Below are positions 36,570 through 46,284 of a stretch of 64,000 bases of DNA, piece after piece. Under the pieces are notes generated by a model, which did no database searches, was not told the DNA's origin, and saw only the letters and a list, made by a program, of their open reading frames with translations. Each line of letters opens with the position of its first letter. Positions within the stretch are counted from its first letter, which is position 1. This stretch comes from a virus. Where the stretch lies: positions 1 through 64,000 of the IMG/VR virus record IMGVR_UViG_3300032240_002475; one strand, written 5' to 3'. The position numbers and the translations under genes were made by a program.

Positions 36570-37610
36570 ATGGCATCATACGATACTTTTATGGCTTTGA
36601 AGGGTTACGTTAAAGGTAACACTTCTAGATATGAATTGGAAGATTCTGACCCAGACATTTATCACGTTAGAGAAGATAGGTCTAACCTTGGACAGAGTGT
36701 TATTAAATTAGGCTTCAATGATGATAAATTTTGGAAAAATGTGGGTTTACATGAAGACGATGTTTGGTTTATGAAGATAATTAATTCACCTTATTCAGAT
36801 TATGAATTCATGGATACGTATAGTGTTAAGGACGATTTTAGTCTCGGGTATACTATTTTTTATGAATTGAATGAAGATAATATTGAAAAACTAAAATTAA
36901 TATCACGATACATTTTTCCAAAAAAATTTGATTTAGAAAATGAAGAGTTCAGGTCAGAATTCGCACAAAAATTATTGTCCTCATTTAAACGTGAAACAGA
37001 AGATATTCTTGACGATTATCAGTCTGAAAAAAATAGAGAAATGTCAAATGTTGCTCAAAAATCAATTCAGAAAGAATTAAATGACTATTTTAATGATTTT
37101 GGATTTACCTATATACCCGATGACGAGTTTACTACAACTGTTGCAAATCTTATGATGTGGTATATCAGGGAAAACGCAGTACATGAACCCATTTCAAAAT
37201 TACTACCTAAAATTTTTAGTTCTAGCAGGATTTCAATAGGAGGATGGCAAGAAAATAGTTATGAATATCAGGATTCAAAAGAATTTGATAGTATATCATT
37301 TAACAATTATGTTGAGCGTAAATTAGATGAAATAATTGAAAAGATTGAAGATGGATATGACGGAGATTTCAAGATTCAAGATTATCTTGATATGGTAGAA
37401 AGAGTTAGTAAAAAGTTTGAAGTTGGTGAATGGCATAACTTACCAAAAAAGAAAGATGTTAGATTTTATATTGAAAATTTTGAAATGAATCCAAATAAAG
37501 TTGTTGTTAAACTTTCCAAAGCGTTCAAACAAAGAAGTTTAAAATTATCTGAGGAGAATTTTTATCATCTACTTTATCAGCCTACATTATTTAATTTGGA
37601 AGAAATCTAA
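36570..37610 (+). CDS. hypothetical protein
   Basis: 346-aa ORF; TATTTAT upstream. Confidence 0.7.
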   Translation: MASYDTFMALKGYVKGNTSRYELEDSDPDIYHVREDRSNLGQSVIKLGFNDDKFWKNVGLHEDDVWFMKIINSPYSDYEFMDTYSVKDDFSLGYTIFYELNEDNIEKLKLISRYIFPKKFDLENEEFRSEFAQKLLSSFKRETEDILDDYQSEKNREMSNVAQKSIQKELNDYFNDFGFTYIPDDEFTTTVANLMMWYIRENAVHEPISKLLPKIFSSSRISIGGWQENSYEYQDSKEFDSISFNNYVERKLDEIIEKIEDGYDGDFKIQDYLDMVERVSKKFEVGEWHNLPKKKDVRFYIENFEMNPNKVVVKLSKAFKQRSLKLSEENFYHLLYQPTLFNLEEI

Positions 37611-37630
37611 ATTTTTACTATATTTGTGGT

Positions 37631-38473
37631 ATGACACAAAATATATCCCTGCTAAAACAAGTTCTTAGCATCCCTAGTAAAACATATAAGGAAGATTTAA
37701 TGGTTGAATTCTTGGTTAAATGGTTGACCGAGAACGGTATTGAACATTATGTTGATGAACATAAAAATGTTTATGCAACCAAACAACAAAGCCCTCTTAT
37801 TTCCGAAGATTTTTATTTTCCATTAGTAATTGCACATACAGATACTGTACATGAGATTGAAGGTATTTTTATTGAGGAGGAACAATTACCAAATGCTCAA
37901 GGGGAAATAAAAGACGCTTTGAAAGCCTACAACGCCATTGGAAAACCAACAGGTATTGGTGGAGATGATAAATGCGGTGTTTTTGCTTGTTTAACACTAC
38001 TTCAAGAATTACCATATTTGAAGGCTGCATTCTTTGTTTCTGAAGAAACGGGATGTCATGGTTCAAGAAAGGCTGATGAAAGATTTTTCAAAAACGTTGG
38101 ATACGGAATTCAGTTTGACGCGCCTGAAAACTGGATGATTACAGAAAAATGTTTTGGTCAAGTTTTGTTTGACCGAGAAAGTGAATTCTTTGAAAAAGTC
38201 GACCAAGTATTAACCGAAGGTATGGTTAATGAAGATATGAAATATATGGTTCATCCATACACTGATGTTTATGCTTTAAGAAATAAATTTGATTTTTCTT
38301 GTATTAATTTTTCAATTGGATATTATGACTATCATACCAAGAATGAATATGTTGTTATTGAAGACGTATTTAATGGGATTGGAATGGGTAGAAAAATGAT
38401 TAGTGAATTAGGATATAAATTACATTTTAAGAAATCTGTGCCGTATGACCCAATGAGCAGGTTTATTATATAA
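37631..38473 (+). CDS. M20/M28 family zinc peptidase-like protein
   Basis: AHTDTVH, GGDDKCG, EETG, H at C-terminus. Confidence 0.8.
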   Translation: MTQNISLLKQVLSIPSKTYKEDLMVEFLVKWLTENGIEHYVDEHKNVYATKQQSPLISEDFYFPLVIAHTDTVHEIEGIFIEEEQLPNAQGEIKDALKAYNAIGKPTGIGGDDKCGVFACLTLLQELPYLKAAFFVSEETGCHGSRKADERFFKNVGYGIQFDAPENWMITEKCFGQVLFDRESEFFEKVDQVLTEGMVNEDMKYMVHPYTDVYALRNKFDFSCINFSIGYYDYHTKNEYVVIEDVFNGIGMGRKMISELGYKLHFKKSVPYDPMSRFII

Positions 38474-38544
38474 AACATTTAACCATCGGGTGGTCTTGAA
38501 TATTGATAAATTCACCACCCGATTTTTTTATCTACATATGAACA

Positions 38545-39081
38545 CTATTCGTTAGGTTTCCAATCAACAATTAAATGAATTCTGTCTTTATCACCATGAT
38601 TAAAAACACCATGGAGTTTTTCAGAATTATTAATTTCCCAAATTTCACCAACTTTTAAAATTTTACTTTCATCTTCAATTGTAAAAAAACAATTATTATT
38701 TGTTATAATTGGTATATGAATCCTTTTTGAAAAATTTAACGAATCTCCCATATCTAAATGAGGAGGAATTTCACCACCTTTAACTAACATAACCAAAAGG
38801 GCTCTAAAAATTTTGCCATTCAAACCAATAGATTTATTTAAAGTTTCTTGTAAAGAATCTATTTGTTCTTTAAATAAAGTATAATTAGATGTTGGAATTG
38901 CATCAAACGATTTGAAATTTGCGTTAAATAATATTGGGATTGTTTTGGTTTTTCTATGAACAGGAAATGCTTTTTGTCTGTAATCAAATTCATCCCAATC
39001 AAGATTTGAGTCATTTAAAACATTTAAAAAATTTGATGTGTCAAAATTGCCATAATATTTAAATCTGAAATCTTTTTCCAT
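38545..39081 (-). CDS. aspartyl/asparaginyl beta-hydroxylase-like 2OG oxygenase
   Basis: IPPHLD, RIHIPI.TN, H.V.N...DRIHLIVD. Confidence 0.85.
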   Translation of the reverse strand: MEKDFRFKYYGNFDTSNFLNVLNDSNLDWDEFDYRQKAFPVHRKTKTIPILFNANFKSFDAIPTSNYTLFKEQIDSLQETLNKSIGLNGKIFRALLVMLVKGGEIPPHLDMGDSLNFSKRIHIPIITNNNCFFTIEDESKILKVGEIWEINNSEKLHGVFNHGDKDRIHLIVDWKPNE

Positions 39082-39126
39082 ATTTTTAAATATAAAAAAA
39101 GGGGAGACAAAATCTCCCCATTTTAA

Positions 39127-41142
39127 TTATCTACTCTTTTTTTCGATTTTGACTAAGTCATCTTCTACTTTTAATTTGTAGGATTTACCCTCAAGCAATT
39201 TACCTGTAAGAACCTCTTCAGATAATAAGTCTTCAATCTTATCTTGGATTGCTCTTTTTAATGGACGAGCTCCATATAATTCATCAAAACCTATTTTAGC
39301 CAAATAATCTACAAGTGTTTCGTCATAGGTAAGTTTGTATTTCATTTCATCTAAACGAGAAACTAATTTTTTAAGTTCAATCTCAGTGATTTTCTTAATG
39401 TCTTCAGGACTTAATGAATTGAATACAATAGTATCATCAATACGATTTAAGAACTCAGGAGAGAAAAAATTCTTCATCTCTTTCATTAATACTTGTTTCT
39501 TAGCTTCTTCATTGCTGTAAGTACTAGTACCAAATCCAATACCTGTACCAAAGTCTTGTAACTTTTTAACACCCAAGTTTGATGTTAAAATAATCAAGGT
39601 ATTCTTGAAGTTAATCTTACGACCAAGACTATCTGTTACGTGACCATCATCTAATATTTGAAGTAAAATTGTGAACACATCTTTGTGTGCTTTTTCAACC
39701 TCATCAAATAAGATTACTGAGTATGGTTTATTCTTAACCTTCTCGGTTAATAATCCACCTTCTTCATATCCAACGTAACCTGGAGGAGCTCCCACTAATT
39801 TAGATACTGTGTGTTTCTCTTGGTATTCAGACATATCCACACGGATAAGTGAATCTTCAGAGCCAAACATTTCTTTTGCTAATTGTTTGGCCAAGTAAGT
39901 TTTACCAACACCTGTTGAGCCTAAGAACACGAATGAACCAATTGGACGGTTAGGGTCTTTAATACCTAAACGGTTTCTTTTAATAGATTTTGCAATCTTA
40001 ATAACCGCAGCATCTTGACCAATAACTTTACCCATTAACTCTTTATCCAAGTTTAATAATGTTGATTTATCATCAACACTCATTTTATTAACAGGAATTT
40101 TGGTCATATTAGAAACAACGTCATAAACATCTTCAGGGGAAATCATTTGTTTATCTTTTTCCATTTGTTCTTCAAACTTACGTTTTTCAGAGTCTAATTT
40201 ATCCAATAACTTTTTTTCCTTATCTCTAAGTTGAGCTGCTTGTTCATAATTTTGTTTTTTAACAACATCAACTTTCTGTTGACGAATTTCCGCGGCCTTT
40301 CTTTTTAATTCTTCAATTGATTCAGGAACTTTAAGTTCTGTTTGCATACGAGCTCCAACTTCATCTAAGATGTCAAATGCTTTATCAGGAAACTCGCGGT
40401 CAGTAATATAACGGTCAGCTAACTTAACACAAGTTTCAATAATTTCATCACTATACGTAACCTTATGATAAGACTCATACTTATCACGTACGTTCTTTAA
40501 AATTTGAATTGTCTCAACAACTGAAGACGGTTCAACAATTACCTTTTGGAATCTACGTTCTAATGCTCCATCCTTCTCAATGTTCTTACGGAATTCATCC
40601 AAAGTGGTTGCACCAATTACTTGAATTTCACCACGAGATAAAGCTGGTTTGAAAATGTTTGAACCATCCATTGAACCTGATGAATTACCTGAACCTACAA
40701 GAGTATGGATTTCATCAATGAATACGATGATATTAGGGTTAGCTTGAAGCTCCTCAATAATCACCTTCATCCTTTCTTCAAATTGACCACGGTATTTTGT
40801 ACCAGCAACCACAGAAGTTAAATCAAGGTTTACAATTCTTTTATCCACCAAATTTCTTGGACAATCACCGCTAATAATTTTCATAGCTAAACCTTCTACG
40901 ATTGCAGTCTTACCACAACCAGGTTCACCTAAGATAATAGGGTTATTTTTTTTTCTACGAGATATGATTTGAGCAATTCTCAAAATTTCTCTATCTCTAC
41001 CAATTACAGGGTCTAACTTACCAGCCTCAGCTAATTTGTTTAAATCTCTACTGAAATTGTCTAATACAGGTGTACTACTGTCTGATGATTGTTTTTGTTT
41101 CTTACTCATCATTTTGTCGTCGTCGTCCATTAAATCGTTCAT
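39127..41142 (-). CDS. clpC: ClpC-type AAA+ chaperone lacking the N-terminal Clp-repeat domain
   Basis: Two AAA modules (GEPGCGKT; GSTGVGKT), UVR middle domain YEQAAQLRD, ClpP-docking IGF loop, GYVGY pore loop. Confidence 0.9.
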   Translation of the reverse strand: MNDLMDDDDKMMSKKQKQSSDSSTPVLDNFSRDLNKLAEAGKLDPVIGRDREILRIAQIISRRKKNNPIILGEPGCGKTAIVEGLAMKIISGDCPRNLVDKRIVNLDLTSVVAGTKYRGQFEERMKVIIEELQANPNIIVFIDEIHTLVGSGNSSGSMDGSNIFKPALSRGEIQVIGATTLDEFRKNIEKDGALERRFQKVIVEPSSVVETIQILKNVRDKYESYHKVTYSDEIIETCVKLADRYITDREFPDKAFDILDEVGARMQTELKVPESIEELKRKAAEIRQQKVDVVKKQNYEQAAQLRDKEKKLLDKLDSEKRKFEEQMEKDKQMISPEDVYDVVSNMTKIPVNKMSVDDKSTLLNLDKELMGKVIGQDAAVIKIAKSIKRNRLGIKDPNRPIGSFVFLGSTGVGKTYLAKQLAKEMFGSEDSLIRVDMSEYQEKHTVSKLVGAPPGYVGYEEGGLLTEKVKNKPYSVILFDEVEKAHKDVFTILLQILDDGHVTDSLGRKINFKNTLIILTSNLGVKKLQDFGTGIGFGTSTYSNEEAKKQVLMKEMKNFFSPEFLNRIDDTIVFNSLSPEDIKKITEIELKKLVSRLDEMKYKLTYDETLVDYLAKIGFDELYGARPLKRAIQDKIEDLLSEEVLTGKLLEGKSYKLKVEDDLVKIEKKSR

Positions 41143-41195
41143 ATGTTTCTGTTTTTTACAAAGTAATAACAAATTTTGTACATATCCAAATAATT

Positions 41196-41266
41196 TGACA
41201 AATTGTCAGTTTGTATTATATTTAACTGACAAGATGTCGTAAACACTTGGTCGGCACTAAACTTGA
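41196..41266 (+). promoter_or_regulatory. paired TGACA-N3-TGTC(A/G) operators plus a sigma54-like GG-N10-GA element
   Basis: 41196-41208, 41227-41239; CGGCACTAAACTTGA at 41252-41266. Confidence 0.5.
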
Positions 41267-41310
41267 TAATACAAAGATAAATAATAAATTCGAAATAAAA
41301 AATTAAAACT

Positions 41311-41697
41311 ATGTTTGGAAACAGAAGAAATTACAATGACGTGTTCAGATTATTTGATGAAATGTTTGAACAATTTAATTTAAACAATGGTGGGTGGAAG
41401 ACTCAAACCAGAATGTCCGAAGACGGAACAACAAAAGTAACAACTCATTATTGGAGTAACGATACAACAAATCCAAAATCAAATGGAGGTGTTGAAAGTT
41501 TGAAATCTCAACTTGAATATGCAATTGAAAACGAAGATTTTGAGTTGGCGGTTAAACTTAGAGACCAAATTAAAAGTTTGGAATCAAACCAAGAAGAAAT
41601 CGATAAACTTGAATTGGAATTGAAAAAATCAATCAAGGAACAAAACTTTGAAAAGTCTATTGAGATTAGAGACCAATTGAAAAAATTGAAACAGTAA
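41311..41697 (+). CDS. protein with two UVR (UvrB/UvrC) motifs
   Basis: AIENEDFELAVKLRDQI and SIKEQNFEKSIEIRDQL. Confidence 0.85.
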   Translation: MFGNRRNYNDVFRLFDEMFEQFNLNNGGWKTQTRMSEDGTTKVTTHYWSNDTTNPKSNGGVESLKSQLEYAIENEDFELAVKLRDQIKSLESNQEEIDKLELELKKSIKEQNFEKSIEIRDQLKKLKQ

Positions 41698-41753
41698 TTA
41701 AAGACCCTCACTTCGGTGGGGGTTTTTAATTAAAAATTAATCTATTTATACAT

Positions 41754-42089
41754 ATGAAACCATATGAAAAATTTTTAAATGAAAGTCTTGGTCTTAAGGA
41801 GCTTATAGAAATATACCTACAATTAAGACAACATTTCCAAGAATTGGAGTTTAGCGTAAATGATTTAGAAAGTCCTCCAACGTATACTGCAAAAATGATG
41901 TCCCTCCACCAACGTTTTCAATCCACTCAAAAAGCTTTATTTAAACAAGTTAATGACTATGGTTTTAATGTTAGTATGGAAGAATTTGTAGAATATATGA
42001 AACCAATACTATCTAAAATTGATGAATTAACACCTTTAAAAAATGGCAATAACGAAAGAAGAAATCAAGGGGACGAAGATTTTGAATGA
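41754..42089 (+). CDS. hypothetical protein
   Basis: ORF with TATTTAT upstream. Confidence 0.6.
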   Translation: MKPYEKFLNESLGLKELIEIYLQLRQHFQELEFSVNDLESPPTYTAKMMSLHQRFQSTQKALFKQVNDYGFNVSMEEFVEYMKPILSKIDELTPLKNGNNERRNQGDEDFE

Positions 42090-42285
42090 GATTAAATCTT
42101 CAAACATTAAAAAAACTGAATACGATACTGAAACAAGTAAGTTAATCGTTGAATTTAATAACGGGTTTAAATATGAATATGAGGGAGTACCTCATCAGGC
42201 GTACACTGCCTTCAGAAAAGCCGAATCACAAGGCAAGTATTTTACCACAGACATATCAAAGAAGTACAAGTATAAGAAACTGTAG
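42043..42285 (+). CDS. KTSC domain protein
   Basis: SSNI...YD....L.VEF..G..Y.Y.GVP.......AES.GKYF. Confidence 0.85.
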   Translation: MAITKEEIKGTKILNEIKSSNIKKTEYDTETSKLIVEFNNGFKYEYEGVPHQAYTAFRKAESQGKYFTTDISKKYKYKKL

Positions 42286-42297
42286 TATTTATTAAGG

Positions 42298-43032
42298 ATG
42301 AATAGTTTTCAAAAAATTCTTAATAGTTTTTCAGTTAAAAAAACTTTAAACCCAAAGGTTTGGGAAAATCCTGAAGAGCCAAATAATGCTGTTATGATTC
42401 CTAAAGTTAGGAAAGCTCTTGAACACATTGCAGATAAATTTATTGAGTACTTGGGAGAAGATGTTTTTGTTGAGGATATTGTATTAACGGGTTCTTTGGC
42501 TAATTTCAATTGGTCTGAATTTTCGGACTTTGACCTCCATGTTATAATTGATTTACAACAATACGAAGACGACGCCGAATTATATAAAGAATTATATAAT
42601 CTAAAAAAACAAGTTTTCAATGATAAGCATGATATTAAAATATACGGATACGATGTTGAGTTATATGCTCAAGACGTTGAAGAGTCTCACTATGCATCAG
42701 GAGTATATTCGGTCATGAATAATGAGTGGGTAACAAAACCAAAAAAATTCAAAGCGGATGTGGATAAAGAAGTTCTTGAAAACAAAATTAAATGTTGGAC
42801 AGAAAAAATTGATAAAGCTATTGAATCTGATGAGGAAAAATCATTAGACACTATCAAAGAAAAATTAAAAGATTATAGAAAGTCAGGACTTGAAAAAGAT
42901 GGAGAATTATCTTACGAAAATTTAGTTTTTAAATTTTTAAGGAGGTCTGGTCATATTCAAAAATTATTTGATACGGCAAATAAAGTAATGGATAAAGAAC
43001 TTTCTATTGAGAGAAAATTAGACGATGAGTGA
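42298..43032 (+). CDS. Pol-beta superfamily nucleotidyltransferase
   Basis: GS(LAN)...SDFDLH and VELY motifs. Confidence 0.75.
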   Translation: MNSFQKILNSFSVKKTLNPKVWENPEEPNNAVMIPKVRKALEHIADKFIEYLGEDVFVEDIVLTGSLANFNWSEFSDFDLHVIIDLQQYEDDAELYKELYNLKKQVFNDKHDIKIYGYDVELYAQDVEESHYASGVYSVMNNEWVTKPKKFKADVDKEVLENKIKCWTEKIDKAIESDEEKSLDTIKEKLKDYRKSGLEKDGELSYENLVFKFLRRSGHIQKLFDTANKVMDKELSIERKLDDE

Positions 43033-43089
43033 TAATTCCTTAATAAATGTGAATAATCGTATATTTATAAAGAAAAATTAGAGACCATA

Positions 43090-43869
43090 ATGGCAACAAT
43101 TATACTTAAACTTAATGCGTCTAACGCATCATCAAGTACTTGGTTTGATGAATCAGGTAATGGTTACAATATCACATTGACTGATGTGACGCAAAATCAA
43201 TACCCAATACCAGCATTATTATTTAATGGTACATCAAGTGAAGGGCAATCGTCAACTGTTTTTACTAATTTCAAAACAGGTGGTGTTACAGGTATTACTC
43301 TTGAAACTTATTTTAAGTTCAATAGTGTTACAGGAGTACAAGGAATTTTTTCATATAATGGAGGAGGAAATTATTTAAATCTACAATTACGTGATGGTGA
43401 TGTAAGATGGGAAACTGCCGCAGGGCAATCAATGTTTTCAAATACTCCAGCAAATGATACAGGATGGGTTTATCTTGTTGCAACTAATGATGGTACAACA
43501 TCTAAAATATATTTAAATGGAGTGTTGGATGCAACAAGTGCTAAGACATGTATAACTTCGGCAAACACAATTTTTGAAGTTGCCAATTACGAAGGATATT
43601 TCAACGGTCAACTTAATACATTAAAATTATATAGAGGAGCTTTAACGGCTGCGGAAATTGCTGCAAATTATGCAGAACTACCCAATCAACCATTAGGTGT
43701 AAAGCCTCAGTATGAATATACTGCGGCTATGGAGGGCTCTATGAGTGGTGGAACATTACCAGCAGGAACAGTAGTTCCTCATCCTGTTTGGACAAGTAAT
43801 GATGGTTCTAGAGAACTAATACAATTAAACGCAGTTACAATCGGAGGATTTAACGGATTAAATAATTAA
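43090..43869 (+). CDS. LamG/concanavalin-A-like domain virion protein
   Basis: W.DESGNGYN, FNG, IYLNG, LYRGALTAAEI..NY. Confidence 0.75.
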   Translation: MATIILKLNASNASSSTWFDESGNGYNITLTDVTQNQYPIPALLFNGTSSEGQSSTVFTNFKTGGVTGITLETYFKFNSVTGVQGIFSYNGGGNYLNLQLRDGDVRWETAAGQSMFSNTPANDTGWVYLVATNDGTTSKIYLNGVLDATSAKTCITSANTIFEVANYEGYFNGQLNTLKLYRGALTAAEIAANYAELPNQPLGVKPQYEYTAAMEGSMSGGTLPAGTVVPHPVWTSNDGSRELIQLNAVTIGGFNGLNN

Positions 43870-43888
43870 AATATAAATTAAAGAATAT

Positions 43889-45133
43889 ATGGCAGATTTA
43901 AAACCAATTGGTAGTGAAAAACTTCAAGGCCAAGATAAAATAAAAAGAATTATGGAAATTGCTCGTTTCAAAGAAACGGCTCCATCAAATATAAATGAAA
44001 CTGCTAAAAGTGAGTATAATAGAACTTTAGCTGATGGTAACACCTATGAAATTGTAAAAGAAAGACAAGGTTATATCATTAAAAAAACTATTTCAGAGTC
44101 TGAAACAGACTATATTGAGCCGATAAAAAATAGAAAATATTATTCATCATATTCTCAGGCTTTAAAAAGATTAAACCTTGTTGCGGGTGAGTTAAATAGA
44201 CTCAACGAAAACGAAGAAGGTACTGCAATGTTTGGTGAACAAAAAAAGTTTACGTTAAAAACTCCAAAACCAGCACCAGCACCTGCTCCAGCACCTGCCG
44301 CTGAAGCTCCAATGGCTCCACCACCAGTACCATCACCTGAACTACCTCCATCACCAGTTGATGCAGGTGCGGATATGGGAATGGATATGGGTGCAGAAGG
44401 TGATGTTAATGTTGATATGAACGCAGATGAAATGGGGCCTGAAGGTGACACTGATGTAAATGTTGACGTTGATGCGCCAGAAGGAGAAGAAGAAAAAGTA
44501 ACTTTCAAAACAATTCAAAAACTTACAGGTAAATTAACTCAGAAAATCAGAACTTTAGATAATGAAGAAGGAATGACTTCTGAAAATATCAAATATGTTA
44601 TTAACATGGTTTTATCATCTTTGGATTTGAAAAATTTATCTGAAGAAGATAAAGATGATATTATGAGTAAATTTGATGAAGCTGAAGAAAGAGAAGAAGG
44701 TGGGGATGATATGGGAGGAGAAGATTTAGGTAATGATAGTGAAGTTGGAGATATTCAATCTGATGATATGAATGTACCAGTTGAAAGTGAAATGGATGAA
44801 GAAGATTATGGAAATGGGGCAATTTTAGACCATATTTTTGGAGAATCTAAAGTTGACAAAGTTATTTCAAAATATTTTGAAGTTTCAAAAAAAGAAATTT
44901 TAGAAAGTAGAGAAAAAACCGCTAAGAAAAAAATTAAACAAATTTCTGAAGCTAGAAAACAAATGGGTGAAGTTATTAAATTGACTGAAACAATTGAACA
45001 AGAAATAGCTTCTAAGAAATTTTTACAAAAAAATACTTCAGCTAAAATTGTTGGTCTTACCAATAAGAAAAACTTAGTTTTTGAAAATAAAGGAAAACAA
45101 GTAAGAATATCACCTGAAGGACAAATTTTGTAA
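43889..45133 (+). CDS. hypothetical head-associated protein with Pro/acidic linker
   Basis: 414-aa ORF upstream of terminase. Confidence 0.7.
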   Translation: MADLKPIGSEKLQGQDKIKRIMEIARFKETAPSNINETAKSEYNRTLADGNTYEIVKERQGYIIKKTISESETDYIEPIKNRKYYSSYSQALKRLNLVAGELNRLNENEEGTAMFGEQKKFTLKTPKPAPAPAPAPAAEAPMAPPPVPSPELPPSPVDAGADMGMDMGAEGDVNVDMNADEMGPEGDTDVNVDVDAPEGEEEKVTFKTIQKLTGKLTQKIRTLDNEEGMTSENIKYVINMVLSSLDLKNLSEEDKDDIMSKFDEAEEREEGGDDMGGEDLGNDSEVGDIQSDDMNVPVESEMDEEDYGNGAILDHIFGESKVDKVISKYFEVSKKEILESREKTAKKKIKQISEARKQMGEVIKLTETIEQEIASKKFLQKNTSAKIVGLTNKKNLVFENKGKQVRISPEGQIL

Positions 45134-45136
45134 TTT

Positions 45137-45529
45137 ATGAGTAATTTGATATACGTGAATGGTTTAGGACCCAACTACAAGGGAGACAATCTTTACGAAT
45201 TCATATTCTCAGACAGTTTGGATGTGTGGGGGGAATCTTGGGAGAGTAAACCATCTAATGGGTACCCAGGACCACCTGAATTAAAATATATTAAAAAAGT
45301 AGGAGTTCTGAGAAATACTGATATAAAATTGGAATTGATTCAGAACTCCGATTTTTTTTGTATGATAGATGCAATTGACAATGTTGTTGCATTGGCTTGG
45401 GAAACTGATGATGAAGACGGAAAAAGATTAGTCTTTAGATTCGGAATGACTGAACAAGAAATAAAAGACAAACTCTATGAAAGAGATTTGATTTTGGAAT
45501 TCGAAAAGAAAGTAGTTTATGAAAATTAA
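45137..45529 (+). CDS. hypothetical protein
   Basis: ORF in operon. Confidence 0.65.
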   Translation: MSNLIYVNGLGPNYKGDNLYEFIFSDSLDVWGESWESKPSNGYPGPPELKYIKKVGVLRNTDIKLELIQNSDFFCMIDAIDNVVALAWETDDEDGKRLVFRFGMTEQEIKDKLYERDLILEFEKKVVYEN

Positions 45530-46280
45530 TAAAAAAGCGTTGGAACTTATTGAAAAGGGATTATCATCTAAAACTGTTAGTAAATTAGATGAGTCACAAA
45601 TTAATGTTTTACATAAAAAATTATTTGTTGAACAAAATTCTCCAGGAACAACAATGGTTCCGAGAACTGATACTACAAAAATTAATCAATTAAAAAGTCA
45701 AAAACAAACTTTCCAAGTTTATGAAAGAGAGATTGAAGAAGATGTTGAAGTTTCTGATGACCCAAATAAAGAAGTAGAAACCCAAAATCCAGAACAAGTT
45801 GGACCATCATCAAATGATGGTTTTGGTAATGAAGATGATGGTATGGGTATGTTTGAGGAAAAAGATAAAAATAAACCCAATCCATGGGCAATTTGTCATT
45901 CTCAAGTAGGACCCAAAAAGTCAAGAAAATGGGAAAGATGTGTAAAACAAATAAAAAAACAATTGGGGGAAGGAAAAAATCCCGTATCTTTGTTCATAGA
46001 AAATCAAATTATGAATATAGTAGAAAAAAATTTACCTCCAAGAATTACTAAAGGTGATTTAGTAAAATATTTGGCAGAAGCTGGACCAGCAACAGCACCC
46101 TCAAAACCAGCAACGAGACCAACAACAAAACCAGGAGCACCTGATAAAAAACCAAGACCGTCACATCCTGGTAAAAACCCAAACCCTGGTGAAAAAGAAT
46201 CTCCAAAAGCTAAGAAAATATCGGCGGAACAAGCAAAGGATGAAGTTATAGATGTTATTATGCAACTTTTACAAAAATAA
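45519..46280 (+). CDS. hypothetical protein
   Basis: ORF in operon; NPWAIC motif. Confidence 0.65.
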   Translation: MKINKKALELIEKGLSSKTVSKLDESQINVLHKKLFVEQNSPGTTMVPRTDTTKINQLKSQKQTFQVYEREIEEDVEVSDDPNKEVETQNPEQVGPSSNDGFGNEDDGMGMFEEKDKNKPNPWAICHSQVGPKKSRKWERCVKQIKKQLGEGKNPVSLFIENQIMNIVEKNLPPRITKGDLVKYLAEAGPATAPSKPATRPTTKPGAPDKKPRPSHPGKNPNPGEKESPKAKKISAEQAKDEVIDVIMQLLQK

Positions 46281-46284
46281 GAAA

